Assembly: GCA_947504195.1 (NCBI GenBank)
Contig: CANNGN010000008.1
Coordinates: 12,574-76,573 of the forward strand
Source: an uncultured Vibrio sp.
GTDB taxonomy: Bacteria > Pseudomonadota > Gammaproteobacteria > Enterobacterales > Vibrionaceae
Direction of reading: 5' to 3'
Length of the DNA stretch: 64,000 nucleotides
The notes under the pieces were generated by a model that was not told where the DNA came from, ran no database searches, and saw nothing but the letters and a program-made list of their open reading frames with translations. The translations under genes and the position numbers were made by a program. Shown piece after piece: positions 9,915-20,014 of this stretch; positions within the stretch are counted from its first letter, which is position 1; every line of letters begins with the position of its first letter.

Positions 9915-10508
9915 ATGAGCAATGCACCAATTAATAAGGGGCGTAGGCGTTTTCTAACTGCATCGACAGCTGTCGTTGGTGGCTTAGGCGCAGTAGCAGT
10001 CGCTGTACCCTTTATAAAATCATGGAACCCAAGTGCCAAAGCGAAAGCTGCTGGTGCTCCGGTAGAAGTGGATATAAGTAAAGTAGAAGAAGGGCAGTTA
10101 TTACGCGTGGAGTGGCGTGGTAAGCCTGTTTGGATCGTTCGACGTCCTAAGTCGATTTTAGATGGATTGGCGACACATGATTCTCAATTAAGGGATCCTA
10201 GCTCTGAACAAGAGCAGCAGCCTGAATACGCTCAAAATGAGTACCGCTCGATTAAACCTGAATATTTTGTTGCGGTAGGGATTTGTACTCACTTAGGGTG
10301 TTCTCCGACTTATTTGCCGAGCTCTTTTAATGAGCAGGTCGAAGGTGTGCCATCGGGCTTCTTTTGTCCGTGTCATGGCTCAAAATTTGATATGGCCGGC
10401 CGTGTTTTCGCTGGTGTTCCAGCACCGCTTAATTTGGTTGTTCCGAAATATATGTTCTTAAGTGATGCCCGTATAGTCATTGGTATCGATGAAGATGGGG
10501 AGGCATAA
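9915..10508 (+). CDS. petA: Ubiquinol-cytochrome c reductase Rieske iron-sulfur subunit
   Basis: 197 aa. Tat-type signal GRRRFLTAS. Rieske boxes CTHLGC and CPCHGS. Confidence 0.95.
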   Translation: MSNAPINKGRRRFLTASTAVVGGLGAVAVAVPFIKSWNPSAKAKAAGAPVEVDISKVEEGQLLRVEWRGKPVWIVRRPKSILDGLATHDSQLRDPSSEQEQQPEYAQNEYRSIKPEYFVAVGICTHLGCSPTYLPSSFNEQVEGVPSGFFCPCHGSKFDMAGRVFAGVPAPLNLVVPKYMFLSDARIVIGIDEDGEA

Positions 10509-11773
10509 TGCAAGTCCTATTAGATTGGGTTGAAAAACGCCTACCAGCGATGAATGCGTATAAAAAGCATTTATCTGAATATCCGATGCCAAAGAACTTT
10601 AACTTTTGGTATCTATTTGGCTCTCTAGCAATGTTGGTTTTGGTTAATCAAATTCTTACTGGTATTTGGTTAACAATGAATTATGTCCCATCAGGGGATG
10701 GTGCATTTGCTTCTGTCGAATATATTATGCGAGATGTCGATTACGGTTGGTTGCTGCGCTACATGCATTCAACTGGTGCATCGGCATTTTTCGTTGTCGT
10801 TTACCTCCATATGTACCGTGGATTGATCTATGGTTCTTACCAAAAGCCTCGTGAGTTATTGTGGTTATTTGGGATGCTGATCTTCTTGGTTCTTATGGCT
10901 GAAGCCTTCATGGGGTATCTACTTCCTTGGGGACAAATGTCTTATTGGGGAGCACAGGTTATTATTTCCTTGTTTGGAGCTATTCCATACATTGGTGATG
11001 ATTTGACTTTGTGGATTCGTGGTGACTATGTTATTTCAGGCGCGACTTTAAACCGTTTCTTCGCATTACATGTAATAGCATTACCGATAGTGTTACTCCT
11101 TTTAGTAGTACTGCATATTTTAGCGTTACATGAAGTTGGTTCGAATAACCCTGATGGTATCGAAACAAAACTGAAGAAAGGCACCATGGGTGAAGATTAC
11201 AAAACCCAGTTTAAATTCCATGAGCAATATAGTGGGAAATACGACATTATCGACTCTATTCCGTTCCACCCTTATGGAACAGTGAAGGATATGGTTGGTA
11301 TCGCCGGGTTCTTCTTCTTCTTTTGTTATGTGTTATTTTTCAATCCAGAGATGGGGGGATACTTCCTTGAGCCGCCAAACTTTGAGGCTGCTAACCCATT
11401 GAAAACACCTGAACATATCGCGCCCGTTTGGTACTTTACGCCATTCTACGCCATTCTCCGTGCTGTCCCCGATAAGTTGCTCGGAGTGATTGCAATGGGT
11501 GCATCTATTGTCATGCTGTTCCTATTACCATGGTTAGACCGTTGTAAGGTTCGTTCATATCGTTACCGCAGCAAGTTCCATTTGTTTAATATCATACAGT
11601 TCACAATCAGCTTTATAGTGTTAGGTGTATTGGGAACTTTGCCTGCTACGACAGTTTATACACTGATGGCTCAGATCTTTAGCTTAGGTTATTTTATGTT
11701 CTTTGTGCTGCTGTTCTTCTACAGTAAGAATGAAGCCACCAAGCCACTGCCAGAGAGGGTTAACTTCAAATGA
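10508..11773 (+). CDS. petB: Cytochrome b of the bc1 complex
   Basis: 421 aa polytopic membrane protein with the conserved cytochrome b core (RYMHSTGASAFF, PEWYF-like PVWYFTPFYAILR). Its start overlaps the petA stop. Confidence 0.95.
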   Translation: MQVLLDWVEKRLPAMNAYKKHLSEYPMPKNFNFWYLFGSLAMLVLVNQILTGIWLTMNYVPSGDGAFASVEYIMRDVDYGWLLRYMHSTGASAFFVVVYLHMYRGLIYGSYQKPRELLWLFGMLIFLVLMAEAFMGYLLPWGQMSYWGAQVIISLFGAIPYIGDDLTLWIRGDYVISGATLNRFFALHVIALPIVLLLLVVLHILALHEVGSNNPDGIETKLKKGTMGEDYKTQFKFHEQYSGKYDIIDSIPFHPYGTVKDMVGIAGFFFFFCYVLFFNPEMGGYFLEPPNFEAANPLKTPEHIAPVWYFTPFYAILRAVPDKLLGVIAMGASIVMLFLLPWLDRCKVRSYRYRSKFHLFNIIQFTISFIVLGVLGTLPATTVYTLMAQIFSLGYFMFFVLLFFYSKNEATKPLPERVNFK

Positions 11774-12507
11774 AGAAATGGATTGTAATTTTATTTGGTC
11801 TTTTACCTTCTATGGTTTTTGCGGCAGGCTCTGGCGTACATTTGGATGCGGCAGAAAATGATTTAACAGATAAAGCATCGTTACAAAACGGCGCAAAACT
11901 GTTTATGAATTACTGCTTCGGTTGTCACTCAACTCAGTACCAGCGTTATGAACGTGTTGCGAATGATTTAGGAATTCCAAAAGATCTCATGTTGGAAAAT
12001 CTAGTATTTGAACCAACGGCTAAAATTGGTCAATTAATGGAAAATGCGATTCCTGATGAAGATGCGAGTAAATGGTTTGGTTCTGCGCCACCTGATCTCA
12101 CTTTGGTTGCTCGTGTTCGAGGTACTGATTGGGTGTATACCTATCTACGCTCTTTCTATGTAGATCCTAGCCGTCCATTTGGTGTCAATAATACGGTATT
12201 CCCTAGTGTAGGTATGCCTCATGTATTAGAGGGCTTGCAAGGGATTCCTTATCCTGTATATGAAACAACTCAGGTTGATGGAGAGGATGTACAGCACATT
12301 GTCGGTATCGAATCGGATGGTTCAGGGGAACTTACTGCTTCAGAATATGATATAGCGGTTAGAGACCTTGTTAATTTCCTAGAGTATTCCGCCGAGCCTA
12401 TGAAACTTGAACGACAATCAATGGGATGGTGGGCTATGGGCTTTATCTTCATTTTCACTATCGTTGTTGTGTTGCTCAAGAAAGAGTATTGGCGTGATGT
12501 GCACTAA
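11770..12507 (+). CDS. petC: Cytochrome c1
   Basis: 245 aa. Signal peptide, haem motif CFGCHS, C-terminal TM anchor. 4-nt overlap with petB. Confidence 0.93.
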   Translation: MKKWIVILFGLLPSMVFAAGSGVHLDAAENDLTDKASLQNGAKLFMNYCFGCHSTQYQRYERVANDLGIPKDLMLENLVFEPTAKIGQLMENAIPDEDASKWFGSAPPDLTLVARVRGTDWVYTYLRSFYVDPSRPFGVNNTVFPSVGMPHVLEGLQGIPYPVYETTQVDGEDVQHIVGIESDGSGELTASEYDIAVRDLVNFLEYSAEPMKLERQSMGWWAMGFIFIFTIVVVLLKKEYWRDVH

Positions 12508-12550
12508 ATGTGCTAATATTCCGTGTTATTTTTTGTGAATATTAAATCTG

Positions 12551-12574
12551 ACAATGGAGGCTTGCCTCCATTGT
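12551..12574 (+). terminator. Hairpin (probable terminator/attenuator) after petC
   Basis: acaatggaggcttgcctccattgt is a perfect 10-bp stem. It is followed by ttacattt, which is a weak T-tract. Confidence 0.5.
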
Positions 12575-12604
12575 TTACATTTGTAAGTATGCTGGAGGGC
12601 TCTA

Positions 12605-13240
12605 ATGGCTGTAGCTGCCAATAAACGTTCTGTGATGACTCTTTTTTCTAGTGCCTCTGATTTATACAGTCATCAGGTACGTATCGTTCTAGCTGAGAAA
12701 GGTGTAAGTGTAGAGGTTGAACTTGTTGATGACTCTAATCTTCCTGCTGAACTCATAGAGCTAAATCCATATAAGTCGGTGCCAACTTTGGTTGACCGTG
12801 AGCTTGCTTTATATGACTCCAAAATTATCATGGAGTACTTAGATGAGCGTTTTCCTCACCCTCCATTAATGCCAGTTTACCCTGTTGCCCGTGGTAAAAG
12901 TCGTCTTATGGTTTACCGTATCGAAAGAAATTGGTATAGCCTAGCGAACACGATTACTTCAGGTAATGCAGAAGAGGCTGAGTCTGCACGTAACAAACTG
13001 CGTAATGATCTGCTGACACTTGCTCCAATTTTTGCTGAATATGAATATTTCATGAGCGAAGAGTTTAGTTTAGTTGATTGTTATCTTGCACCATTATTAT
13101 GGCGCTTACCTGTATTGGGTATCGATCTGGTTGGTGCTGGTTCTAAAGAACTAAAAGTTTATATGAACCGTGTATTTGAACGTGATTCATTCCTTGCATC
13201 ATTGACTGAATCTGAGCGTGAGATGCGTTTAGCTCGCTAA
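12605..13240 (+). CDS. sspA: Stringent starvation protein A (GST-like RNAP-associated protein)
   Basis: 211 aa. MAVAANKRSVMTLFS...HQVRIVLAEKGV is collinear with E. coli SspA. Confidence 0.96.
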   Translation: MAVAANKRSVMTLFSSASDLYSHQVRIVLAEKGVSVEVELVDDSNLPAELIELNPYKSVPTLVDRELALYDSKIIMEYLDERFPHPPLMPVYPVARGKSRLMVYRIERNWYSLANTITSGNAEEAESARNKLRNDLLTLAPIFAEYEYFMSEEFSLVDCYLAPLLWRLPVLGIDLVGAGSKELKVYMNRVFERDSFLASLTESEREMRLAR

Positions 13241-13257
13241 TATAGGATTCAGTGGCT

Positions 13258-13731
13258 ATGGATATTGAAAATATGACGCCTCGACGCCCTTACATGTTAC
13301 GGGCGTTTTATGATTGGTTAGTTGAGAATGATCTCACACCTCATCTCGTTGTGGATGCAACATTGAAGGGAGTGCGAGTACCACTTGAATTTGTTCAAGA
13401 TGGTCAAGTTATTCTCAATGTGGCACCACGAGCAGTTGGTAATCTAGATATAGGCATTGATTCAGTGAGTTTTAATGCTCGCTTTAGTGGTACTCCACAT
13501 GCGGTACTAGTACCGATATATGCTGTACAAGCGATATATGCTCGAGAGAATGGTGCAGGTACAATGTTTGAACCTGAAGATGCCTATTTGACTGACTCCG
13601 TTGAAGAGAGCATACCTGAACAAACTCAAGAACCTAGTTTGTCGGTCGCTGAAGCGCCCTCAGAAGATGAAGAAGGCGGTGATGAGCCACCAAGAACGAA
13701 AGGTAAACCGAGTTTGCGAGTGATTAAGTAA
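13258..13731 (+). CDS. sspB: ClpXP adaptor SspB
   Basis: MDIENMTPRRPYMLRAFYDWLVENDLTPHLVV matches the E. coli SspB N-terminus. The C-terminal LRVIK corresponds to the ClpX-binding tail. The track start GTG 13252 is an alternative. Confidence 0.93.
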   Translation: MDIENMTPRRPYMLRAFYDWLVENDLTPHLVVDATLKGVRVPLEFVQDGQVILNVAPRAVGNLDIGIDSVSFNARFSGTPHAVLVPIYAVQAIYARENGAGTMFEPEDAYLTDSVEESIPEQTQEPSLSVAEAPSEDEEGGDEPPRTKGKPSLRVIK

Positions 13732-13750
13732 AGCATCGGGAATCATAAAC

Positions 13751-13781
13751 AAAAAAAACAGCGATAATTCGCTGTTTTTTA
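13751..13781. terminator. Bidirectional Rho-independent terminator between convergent sspB and dolP
   Basis: aaaaaaaacagcgataattcgctgtttttt: stem cagcga/tcgctg flanked by A8 and T6. Confidence 0.8.
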
Positions 13782-13821
13782 TTGGGTGATTTATATGGAC
13801 TAAAGTAATTTAATAGTTTCG

Positions 13822-14397
13822 TTAGTCGGCATATTGAAAAGCAAGGATAACTTGTTTTACACCTTCGATATTTCGCGCGACTTCACTTGCAATATTTGCA
13901 TGCTCTCGAGATACATAACCAAACAAAAAGACTTCTTTGTCTTCTGTTATAACCTTAATTTTGACTCCGTTTAGATCTTTGTGAGTCAACACTTCTGATT
14001 TTATCTTTGTTGTAATCCACGTGTCGTTGGCGATTTCTTGTGTTGTTAACGGTGTTTTAATTCTTATTTGATCGTGGACTTTTTCGACGCCTTTGATCTT
14101 TTTAATGTTTTCCTCTAAGGCTACTAACATCGAAGAATCAACAATTTGTCCCATTAAAACAACGGTTCCACGGAACGAGCTAGAAAGAATACGAGACTTT
14201 CCTCGATATGGTGGTTTTTTGATTAAGCCAGTCACTTCTGCTTCGATATAATTATCATCCCAGATTTCTTGGCTCGTTCTTGGGTCTGTGGCGATGTTAA
14301 CGGTCGTTGCTGCGCCTGCTACAAATAAACCGACACATCCAGACAGCATAACAACTAAAGATAGAGTAACTAACAGTGTTAAATTTTTCATTTTCAT
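13822..14397 (-). CDS. dolP: Outer-membrane lipoprotein DolP (YraP), dual BON domain
   Basis: 191 aa. Lipobox LSGC after the signal peptide, two BON-like repeats. Last gene of the lpoA-yraN-diaA-dolP cluster as in E. coli. Confidence 0.88.
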   Translation of the reverse strand: MKMKNLTLLVTLSLVVMLSGCVGLFVAGAATTVNIATDPRTSQEIWDDNYIEAEVTGLIKKPPYRGKSRILSSSFRGTVVLMGQIVDSSMLVALEENIKKIKGVEKVHDQIRIKTPLTTQEIANDTWITTKIKSEVLTHKDLNGVKIKVITEDKEVFLFGYVSREHANIASEVARNIEGVKQVILAFQYAD

Positions 14398-14984
14398 TCT
14401 TCGTGGGCTGGAAATAATACTTGATCAATTAAATCGCAAAGACAATGAAGTGTCACCATGTGAACTTCATGAATGCGAGCGGTGCGCTGGGAAGGAATGC
14501 GAATTTCAACGTCATCCTCTCCAAGAAGGCCAGCCATTTCCCCACCATCTTTACCTGTTAAGGCAATGATAGTCATATCGCGGGTAACTGCCGCTTCCAT
14601 TGCTTTAATTATATTATGGCTGTTTCCACTTGTTGATATTGCCAAGAGGATATCGCCAGATTGCCCAAAGGCACGAACCTGCTTTGAAAATATATCATGA
14701 TAGTGATAGTCGTTTGCGACTGCTGTCATAGTAATATTATCTGCAGTTAAAGCAAGCGCAGGTAAGCTTGGCCGCTCGGTTTCAAAGCGATTGAGCAAAC
14801 AGGAAGAAAACTGCTGTGCGTTAGCAGAAGAACCACCATTACCACAGCATAAAATCTTGTTGCCATTAAGTAAGGTACTGACCATTGCTTGGGCTGCATG
14901 AGTAATCGCGTCAGGGAGTGCTTCTGCCGCGGCAATTTGTATTTGAATACTTTCGGTAAAACTTTCTTTAATGCTCTCGAGCAT
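14394..14984 (-). CDS. diaA: DnaA initiator-associating protein DiaA (SIS domain, GmhA-like)
   Basis: 196 aa. SIS motifs [13 protein letters not shown] and ISTSGNS. Position matches yraO/diaA. Confidence 0.88.
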   Translation of the reverse strand: MLESIKESFTESIQIQIAAAEALPDAITHAAQAMVSTLLNGNKILCCGNGGSSANAQQFSSCLLNRFETERPSLPALALTADNITMTAVANDYHYHDIFSKQVRAFGQSGDILLAISTSGNSHNIIKAMEAAVTRDMTIIALTGKDGGEMAGLLGEDDVEIRIPSQRTARIHEVHMVTLHCLCDLIDQVLFPAHEE

Positions 14985-14987
14985 CTC

Positions 14988-15356
14988 TTAATCCTGAGTT
15001 ATCGCATTTTTATACCAATTGATGTCTGCGCCATGGTTATGAATCGCAATGACATCAAAACGAAAGTCTGTGCTGTAAGGTGAGTAACCTTGCATCATCA
15101 TCCAGTGTTGTGCTGCTTTGATCAACTTCTTCATTTTACTAGGAGTAACCATTTCAGCTGCATGGCCATATTTATGATCATGCCGATATTTTACTTCAAC
15201 GAAGATAATCGTTTGCTGGTCTTGCATAATTAAATCGAGCTCTCCACTACGGCAAGTGAAGTTCTTCTCAATTAACGAGACCCCGCGGCTAATTAAAAAA
15301 TCAGCTGCGGTTTGCTCGTAGAGTTCACCAATTTTTCGTTGGTTAGCCTGCGCCAT
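14988..15356 (-). CDS. yraN: YraN family (UPF0102) endonuclease-like protein
   Basis: 122 aa. GELDLIMQD...IFVEVKYR motif typical of UPF0102. Synteny fits. Confidence 0.88.
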   Translation of the reverse strand: MAQANQRKIGELYEQTAADFLISRGVSLIEKNFTCRSGELDLIMQDQQTIIFVEVKYRHDHKYGHAAEMVTPSKMKKLIKAAQHWMMMQGYSPYSTDFRFDVIAIHNHGADINWYKNAITQD

Positions 15357-17160
15357 GCTCCGCCCAGCTAATATTGCGGTGGATTACGCATTGTTCATCA
15401 ATGGTAAGTAACCCTGTTTGGCCTGATATTTCGTAGCCACTTACCGTTTTCATTTGTGGGAGTTCATTGAGAAGGGCATAGGCATCCATTCCCATTGCGC
15501 GCAAACGAGTCTCTGCATTTGATGCATTTGGCCAATTAATATCCATCTGAGCTTTAATCTCTTCTTGAGGAGAAATTAACAGTGGAATGTCGCTATATAT
15601 AACACCACTTAAATCTTCATATTGTTTGTCAGCAGTATGACTTCGAGAACCGGCATAAAGTTTAGGTTGTGGTGCTTCTGGGTTAACTGCAACCTCTATA
15701 AAGGGCTTAATCAAGGTTAGCTGACGGTTATCAGCAGCAATATAAATAGCATCGATATCTCGACGATTTCGTGGTTGTCCCTCAAGTGAACGCCCCAAAA
15801 TTGACTGGATTTTGGCAATGTTTTGGCGACTTGTTTGTAATCCCATCGCAGTATTAATATTAATCTGCATTTTGTTTGTAGACTCGATAAAACCTACAGC
15901 AACTGGGTGTTCACTATGGTTCGCCCACTCTTTTTGGAATGCTTCAACCACACGTTGGCCATAGCTTCCTTCTGGAGCGAGTACCATTGGGAATTGATAT
16001 TCTTGAGCTGCGAAATATTTTGCTGTTTGATCCGCTTCTTGTTGCGGTGATAGCCCAAAGTAACAAGTGCCCATTGTTGGGTCGACTTCTGCTGGAATAT
16101 TCAAAGCGAGCATGGGTATTTCTTTTGATTGTAGAGCCATTATTTGCTTTAACTGTACAATATTGTCTTTAACAAGAGGACCAACAATGAAATCTATTTC
16201 GCTAGCAACAAGGTCGTCTGTAATGGAGTACAAATCTTGCTCTTGAGTGTCAATTATTTTTAATTCAGTAATTTTACTCGGGCTGTCGTCATTGGCTTGA
16301 GCAAACATAAACCCTTCTCGGATAATTTCTGCTTGCTTAGCAAACTTACCTGAGAGAGGCAGTAATAGTGCTGGGTTTTTCGGTACTATAAATTGCATTG
16401 ATAGTAGCGATGCGATTGACTCTGGAGTGTAGAGTGTTGCCGCATGATGAGGGTTATCGATTAGCCACTGTTCGATAAGCTCTTTTAAGTGTGAAATATT
16501 GGCATTATTCGCTTTAACGTACGTCGCTAGCTCGACCCAGCCATTTAATTGTAGTTCCGCCGGAGAGATGTCGAGTTGCTCTAGCTCTGATTGATTAGAG
16601 TGACCAATTGTTTCCCAAATAAGTTCGGAAAGCTTTGCTCGTTTAGGCTCTTCACTCAGGTGGTATACATGAATTAATGAACGAGTTGCTTCGGTCCAAC
16701 GTTCCAGCTCAATCAGTATTTCTGAACGAATTTCGTAGTATCTTAACCACTGGGAACTGTCAATCTCCCACGTTGATTCGAAAGTAAGTTGCTTGAGGGC
16801 CGCAAGACTTTGTTGACGATCAATCAGGAGGCGAGCTCTAGCTAACTGCCACTCGGCCAGTTGACTGTCATTGAGTTCTTCGTTTGTTAACTTAAAGAAA
16901 AGTAGATTGGCTTTACCAATTTGCTGTTCATCGATGGTCGCCTTTAGTGCCATGATTAGCCAGTTACTTTGATTTTGCCCAAAGCTAGTCTCGGCTTTTA
17001 ACATGTAATCATCAGAAGAAAGAGTGGGTTCTTGAGTAATATCCACTCCAGACATTGTATTCTCTAGTGATACTGATGAGCATGCTGATAATACAATTGC
17101 TAGTGCAATTGGAGTTAAAAGGCGTGGTACACTGCGTTTCAAATGGTTAGTTTTAGCCAT
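15343..17160 (-). CDS. lpoA: Penicillin-binding protein activator LpoA (lipoprotein)
   Basis: The track ORF starts at TTG 17196. ATG at 17160 gives [27 protein letters not shown], a signal peptide with lipobox LSAC. TPR-like N domain plus a periplasmic-binding-protein-like C domain. Divergent from rsmI as in E. coli. Confidence 0.88.
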   Translation of the reverse strand: MAKTNHLKRSVPRLLTPIALAIVLSACSSVSLENTMSGVDITQEPTLSSDDYMLKAETSFGQNQSNWLIMALKATIDEQQIGKANLLFFKLTNEELNDSQLAEWQLARARLLIDRQQSLAALKQLTFESTWEIDSSQWLRYYEIRSEILIELERWTEATRSLIHVYHLSEEPKRAKLSELIWETIGHSNQSELEQLDISPAELQLNGWVELATYVKANNANISHLKELIEQWLIDNPHHAATLYTPESIASLLSMQFIVPKNPALLLPLSGKFAKQAEIIREGFMFAQANDDSPSKITELKIIDTQEQDLYSITDDLVASEIDFIVGPLVKDNIVQLKQIMALQSKEIPMLALNIPAEVDPTMGTCYFGLSPQQEADQTAKYFAAQEYQFPMVLAPEGSYGQRVVEAFQKEWANHSEHPVAVGFIESTNKMQININTAMGLQTSRQNIAKIQSILGRSLEGQPRNRRDIDAIYIAADNRQLTLIKPFIEVAVNPEAPQPKLYAGSRSHTADKQYEDLSGVIYSDIPLLISPQEEIKAQMDINWPNASNAETRLRAMGMDAYALLNELPQMKTVSGYEISGQTGLLTIDEQCVIHRNISWAEHGAG

Positions 17161-17224
17161 GAGCTTGTTCAATATTCCAGTCAAATATGGGTTCAATAAT
17201 AGTCTTTCACGTAATGGTAAACAA

Positions 17225-18088
17225 ATGACACAAAAAATAAATTCAACATCAGATTACCCAACTCTCTTCATTGTGCCAACCCCTATCGGAAATTTGGGGG
17301 ATATAACGCAAAGAGCTGTAGAGGTTCTCTCTAGTGTCGACTTAATCGCTGCGGAAGACACTCGCCATACTGGCCGACTGCTGGCGCATTTTAATATATT
17401 AACCAAGACTTTCCCACTGCATGATCATAATGAGCAAGATAAAGCTCAGCGTTTAGTTGAGCGGTTACTCGCGGGACAATCTATTGCCTTGGTCTCGGAT
17501 GCGGGTACACCGCTTATTAGCGATCCAGGATACCATCTTGTCAATCAATGTCGTCAAGCTGGCGTTAAGGTTGTCCCGTTGCCAGGAGCTTGTGCCGTCA
17601 CGACTGCATTAAGTGCTTCCGGATTACCTTCCGATCGTTTTTGCTTTGAAGGCTTTTTACCACCAAAGACCAAAGCAAGGAAAGATAAGATTCACGAAAT
17701 TGCGACCGACAAGCGAACTTGTATCTTTTATGAGTCACCACATCGGATAACGAATGCATTAAATGACATGCTTGAAGTTTTAGGCGCCGACCGACAAGTT
17801 GTGCTCGCGAGGGAGCTAACCAAAACATTTGAAACAATTCATAGTTTGCCTTTAGGAGAGCTGATTCCGTGGATCGCAGAAGATGAAAACCGTCGAAAAG
17901 GTGAGATGGTGATTTTGATTCATGGTTATCGCCAGGATGTGACTGATGCCATTCCACCAGAAGCAATTCGTGCTTTGACCATTTTAGTCGCCGACTTACC
18001 TTTGAAAAAAGCCGCGTCAGCAGTTGCTGAAATATATTCGTTGAAAAAGAATGCGCTTTATAAATGGGGATTAGAGAATCTTGATTAA
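17225..18088 (+). CDS. rsmI: 16S rRNA (cytidine1402-2'-O)-methyltransferase RsmI
   Basis: The track ORF (17159) is 5'-extended and would overlap lpoA. ATG 17225 gives [28 protein letters not shown], a tetrapyrrole-methylase fold like YraL. Confidence 0.92.
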   Translation: MTQKINSTSDYPTLFIVPTPIGNLGDITQRAVEVLSSVDLIAAEDTRHTGRLLAHFNILTKTFPLHDHNEQDKAQRLVERLLAGQSIALVSDAGTPLISDPGYHLVNQCRQAGVKVVPLPGACAVTTALSASGLPSDRFCFEGFLPPKTKARKDKIHEIATDKRTCIFYESPHRITNALNDMLEVLGADRQVVLARELTKTFETIHSLPLGELIPWIAEDENRRKGEMVILIHGYRQDVTDAIPPEAIRALTILVADLPLKKAASAVAEIYSLKKNALYKWGLENLD

Positions 18089-18130
18089 TGGGTTGTGTGA
18101 TATTGCCTAGACAGAGAATCGCTTTGTCTA

Positions 18131-18136
18131 TACAAT
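18131..18136 (+). promoter_or_regulatory. Candidate -10 element (TACAAT) for rnpB
   Basis: TACAAT ends 8 nt before the inferred mature 5' end of RNase P RNA. I could find no good -35. Confidence 0.35.
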
Positions 18137-18144
18137 CCGCGCCT

Positions 18145-18552
18145 GGAGTTGACTGGGTAGTCGCTGCCTTATTGATGTCCTTCACTTACGGGTTTGGGAG
18201 ACTGATAAGGGGGAGGAAAGTCCGGGCTCCGTAGAGCAGGGTGCCAGGTAACGCCTGGGAGGCGCAAGCCTACGACAAGTGCAGCAGAGAGAAGACCGCC
18301 GATGGCCACTTTTTCGGAAGTGATGTACAGGTAAGGGTGAAAGGGTGTGGTAAGAGCACACCGTGCGTCTGGCAACAGTGCGTAGCAGGGTAAACTCCAC
18401 CCGGAGCAAGACCAAATAGGCTTCCACACAATGCGGCTCGTATTAGGGAGCGGGTAGGTTGCTTGAGCTAGTGAGCGATTGCTAGCCTAGAGGAATGGCT
18501 ACTACCGTTATTTATAACGGAACAAAACCCGGCTTATAGGTTAACTCCACCT
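18145..18552 (+). ncRNA. rnpB: RNase P RNA (bacterial type A, M1 RNA)
   Basis: Near-identical blocks to E. coli M1 RNA: GGAGGAAAGTCCGGGCTCC, AGGGTGCCAGGTAACGCCTGGG, GGTAAGGGTGAAAGGGTG, GGTAAACTCCACCCGGAGCAAG, GCTTGAGCTAGTGAGCGATTGCTAGCCTAGA, AAAACCCGGCTTATAGGTTAACTCCACCT. Ends are approximate, about +/-3 nt. Confidence 0.97.
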
Positions 18553-18560
18553 ATTACAGA

Positions 18561-18592
18561 CCCATCATAAGTTATCTTATGATGGGTTTTTT
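18561..18592 (+). terminator. Rho-independent terminator of rnpB
   Basis: cccatcataagttatcttatgatggg (10-bp stem) followed by tttttt. Confidence 0.9.
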
Positions 18593-18734
18593 GCTTTGAG
18601 TTGCCTCTAGATGAGACATAATGGCAAAACTTACGTCATTAATGAGCTTGGGACGTGTAATTTACTAGCGTACTTTGTATCATTCCTCTAACATTATCCG
18701 CCAGAAAATAGGTTTAAACCGTAATGAGAGCGTT

Positions 18735-19685
18735 ATGAATCCAACATTTCAACATGTTTCAGTGTTACTGAATGAATCTATTGAGGGTTTGGCGATCAAA
18801 CCTGATGGTGTTTATATTGATGGTACTTTTGGCCGTGGTGGACACAGTAGAACAATTCTAAGCAAGTTAGGAGAGCATGGACGCTTATATAGCATCGATC
18901 GCGATCCTCAAGCTATTGAAGAAGCGAATAAAATTGACGATCCACGTTTCACCATTATTCATGGAGCATTCTCTGGAATTGCTGACTATGCTGAAGAGCA
19001 AGGCTTAGTTGGAAAAGTAGACGGTGTTTTATTTGATCTAGGGGTTTCTTCACCACAACTTGATGACGCAGAACGTGGATTCAGTTTTATGAAGGATGGC
19101 CCACTAGATATGCGAATGGATCCAACGAGTGGTATACCGATCTCTGAATGGTTGAGTACCGCAGAGCTTGATGATATCACTTGGGTTATTCGAGAGTTTG
19201 GTGAAGATAAACATGCTCGGCGTATTGCAAAAGCGATTGTGGCTTATCGTGAGAACGAAGAAAACGAACCATTAACTCGTACTGGTCAATTAGCGGCATT
19301 AATTTCTGACGCTGCACCGAAAAACTTTAAAGAGAAAAAACACCCGGCAACTCGCTCATTTCAAGCGCTACGTATTTACATTAATAGTGAGTTAGAAGAA
19401 ATTGATAAAGCACTGAAAGGAGCTGCATCCATTTTGGCTCCGCAGGGGCGTCTCTCGGTGATTAGCTTTCATTCTTTGGAAGATAGAATGGTGAAACGCT
19501 TTATCCGAAAAGAGAGTCAAGGACCTCAAGTTCCCCATGGTATTCCTATGACGGAAGCTCAGATTCGGGCTCTGGGAGAGGCTGATTTAAAAACTATGAG
19601 CAAAGCGATTAAACCGAGTGCAAACGAAGTTGAACTTAATCCGCGCTCACGCAGCTCAGTATTAAGAATTGCGGAAAAGCGCTAA
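18735..19685 (+). CDS. rsmH: 16S rRNA (cytosine1402-N4)-methyltransferase RsmH (MraW)
   Basis: The track ORF (18675) is 5'-extended. ATG 18735 gives [19 protein letters not shown], aligned to the E. coli RsmH N-terminus. SAM motif [10 protein letters not shown]. 316 aa. Confidence 0.95.
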   Translation: MNPTFQHVSVLLNESIEGLAIKPDGVYIDGTFGRGGHSRTILSKLGEHGRLYSIDRDPQAIEEANKIDDPRFTIIHGAFSGIADYAEEQGLVGKVDGVLFDLGVSSPQLDDAERGFSFMKDGPLDMRMDPTSGIPISEWLSTAELDDITWVIREFGEDKHARRIAKAIVAYRENEENEPLTRTGQLAALISDAAPKNFKEKKHPATRSFQALRIYINSELEEIDKALKGAASILAPQGRLSVISFHSLEDRMVKRFIRKESQGPQVPHGIPMTEAQIRALGEADLKTMSKAIKPSANEVELNPRSRSSVLRIAEKR

Positions 19686-20014
19686 TGTGGTTTCGACTCC
19701 CTCGTGCCAAGTATAATTTGGCTAAAATAATCGCTCACGATCTGCTGACGGTTGGACGCATTCCTCTGTTATTAACCGTCGTCATTTTTATTAGCGCAAT
19801 GTCGGTTGTATTTGTTACTCACCAAACTCGAGGGGTGATTTCAGCTAAAGAGCAAGAAATGGTTAAACGTGAAAATTTAGATAACGAATGGAGAAACTTA
19901 TTGCTCGAGGAAACAGCATTATCGGAACATAGTCGTGTCGAAGTGTTGGCTGAAAAAGAATTAGAAATGAAGCGTCCTGAGCCCGATAAAGAAGTGATTA
20001 TTGACCGACAATGA
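19685..20014 (+). CDS. ftsL: Cell division protein FtsL
   Basis: 109 aa bitopic protein with one TM and a coiled coil (EWRNLLLEETALSEHSRVE). TAATG overlap with rsmH. dcw position fits. Confidence 0.9.
   Translation: MWFRLPRAKYNLAKIIAHDLLTVGRIPLLLTVVIFISAMSVVFVTHQTRGVISAKEQEMVKRENLDNEWRNLLLEETALSEHSRVEVLAEKELEMKRPEPDKEVIIDRQ

Noticed and set aside
9728-10039. A 103-codon minus-strand ORF spanning the petA upstream region and start. I also first took TTGCTC/TATAAT (9715..9734) for a petA promoter.
   Set aside because: The ORF overlaps the petA N-terminus in antisense and has no features. The apparent -35 is only 8 nt from the TATAAT, so the promoter call does not hold as first read.
17598-18185. 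A long (195-codon) antisense ORF overlapping the 3' half of rsmI and the start of rnpB.
   Set aside because: The opposite strand encodes a full-length, highly conserved RsmI. The antisense product has no motif, no Shine-Dalgarno sequence, and would run into rnpB. It is most likely a chance open frame.
18169-18429. Two minus-strand ORFs (86 and 81 codons) between rsmI and rsmH.
   Set aside because: They lie entirely antisense within the RNase P RNA gene. Their Arg/Pro/Cys/Leu-rich composition is the expected artefact of a GC-rich structured RNA.
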